Position numbers and translations under genes: made by a program. From contig JASANG010003752.1 of assembly GCA_030248215.1 (NCBI GenBank), positions 62,001 to 126,000 on the forward strand: a stretch of 64,000 bases of DNA. The letters are read 5' to 3'. The notes under the pieces were generated by a model. The model ran no database searches. It saw nothing but the letters and a program-made list of their open reading frames with translations, and was not told where the DNA came from. Shown one piece after another: positions 62,406 to 64,000 of this stretch. Each line of letters begins with the position of its first letter. Positions within the stretch are counted from its first letter, which is position 1. The stretch is from Enoplolaimus lenunculus. Lineage: Eukaryota.

Positions 62406-64000
62406 TTTGTTTCGGAGAAATTTAGGGTAAAACCACGTATATTCGCAGTACTTCGGAGGAAGGCGTCGTCCGGACCGCGCAGTTCTGACACCCCGCTTTC
62501 AGCGACGGATCCAAAAATTTCTGACGAAGGTGTACAGGCTACGTTTGAAACGCAATTTTCCACGAAAAAAATTTCTGTGGGAGATAAATTGTAATGTAGG
62601 GAATAGGGATACTATAATTTATTCAGAAAAAGTTTTTTGGGGGAATTTTAAGGTAGAAGGACCTTATAAATTTTATCACAGAAATTTCCTGAAGGGAAAA
62701 ATTGTAAAGGTTGAAGAACTTACCATTTTATTACAAAAAATTCTGACGGGGGTTGTATACTCACTAGTCCCTCTTTGGATCCGCTGATTCCCGCTTTCTC
62801 ACAGGACAATAGACTAGGCTTTTCAGACTAATTTTTGTTTCGGCTTAGGATAAAATTTGTTTTAGACTTACGTTTATTACGCTGAGCAGGCTTAAACTTA
62901 GGAATATGTTTTTGTTGCACATTGTTAAAGTAATATTGGTAGAGAATTTCAGGGCGCGCTCTTGTCTTAATATATCGGAACATAATGCCAATTTGGCTCC
63001 TCATATAACCTCCTCTAATAATTTCAATTAAATTTCAATTTTTAGTTATCATATATCGACTACAGCGGAAGCAAAAATGTAATTTTCAGCAGTTCCGAAA
63101 TCTATATTTTTTCATGTATATATACTGTTTAAAGCGACGCGATAAATTTAACCTAGTAATTTTTTGTGTTTGATGTTTGGTTTTGATCACCTATAAATGA
63201 GGTACAATTGGAGGTCTGCCTACGGCTCCGGCAGAAAATCGACAGCTACGAAATTACATTCAGAATCTTGAAATTTCGATACATCCGCCATTTTTCTTTA
63301 ACGTTTCTGCAGACCGGTGATTACTGGTACGTGTACGCATAAATTGTAACATTTTTCAAACTTTTATACTACAATATCCGTTTCTGTAATTTTTACCATT
63401 CGTTTTAACATCCCGCCGTGATTAACAACGACCCCTATTATGGGTCATCCACGTTAAAATGCACGCACATATGTAAAAAAATGTCCCTCCCTTTTGGGTG
63501 CCCGCGTTGTCCCGACCCACTCTCTTTATACACTGTGTGATATTACAGTATGTCATTGTCTGAACTTTTAGACAATGAATATGCTCTAGGCATAAATATT
63601 TACTTGTCCTGACATCCTTATCAGGAACTGTTATTGTTTATAGTCCCTCTTAAGGGACTCTGTTTTTTGTGTTGACTGATACGCGTGAATATGTGCACAG
63701 CTTGTTTTTATATGTGTGTGCGTGCACTATCGTAATGTCCTGACATCCTGCAGACAACATGTATTCCTCCAGAGTGCCTTCCGACAGAGTTTAGATAATC
63801 AGCACTATCTAAGTACGCAGCTATGAAACTGTACCTTGCCTCCAGCTAGGATGTGTATTTCGATGCTATTCCAAATGGGGTGGGTGGACCATTTATTACA
63901 TCGGCGCGTGCATTTTAACGTGGATGAACCATTATCGCTAATTTATGTTATTGTAGCGTTGTGTTCAGTTGCAATATTCGTTTGACTCATGTTTCCTTTA

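Noticed and set aside
61917..62430. Short ORFs downstream of AFG1L
   Set aside because: No recognisable motifs or consistent splice structure; they partly overlap the tRNA-like element.

Overview
AT-rich, intron-containing eukaryotic DNA, most likely a nematode: TTAGGC telomere-type repeats, TTTCAG acceptors and a POD-1-type coronin. I reconstructed four spliced protein-coding genes by hand: (1) a pod-1/coronin-7-like gene on the minus strand (start 17552, traced to 6692; its 3' part could not be located); (2) an FMRFamide-receptor-like class A GPCR (43808-49019, 3 exons, about 950 aa, very long C-terminal tail); (3) TYW3 (51573-52756, 2 exons); (4) AFG1L/LACE1 mitochondrial AAA+ ATPase (55247-61214, 13 exons). 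Introns and the ~26 kb between pod-1 and the GPCR are filled with short non-autonomous DNA transposons (Harbinger-, hAT-, piggyBac-, CACTG- and Tc1/mariner-type MITEs, Helentron/DINE-like elements), tRNA-like segments and satellites. I found no transposase ORF. The most unusual features are a MITE family carrying internal telomeric TTAGGC arrays, a MITE whose arm has expanded into a 20-bp CpG-rich satellite, a TTAA-flanked MITE carrying a Pol III A/B-box promoter, and two GC-AG introns supported by reading frame and homology. Family assignments come from recognised motifs, not database searches.
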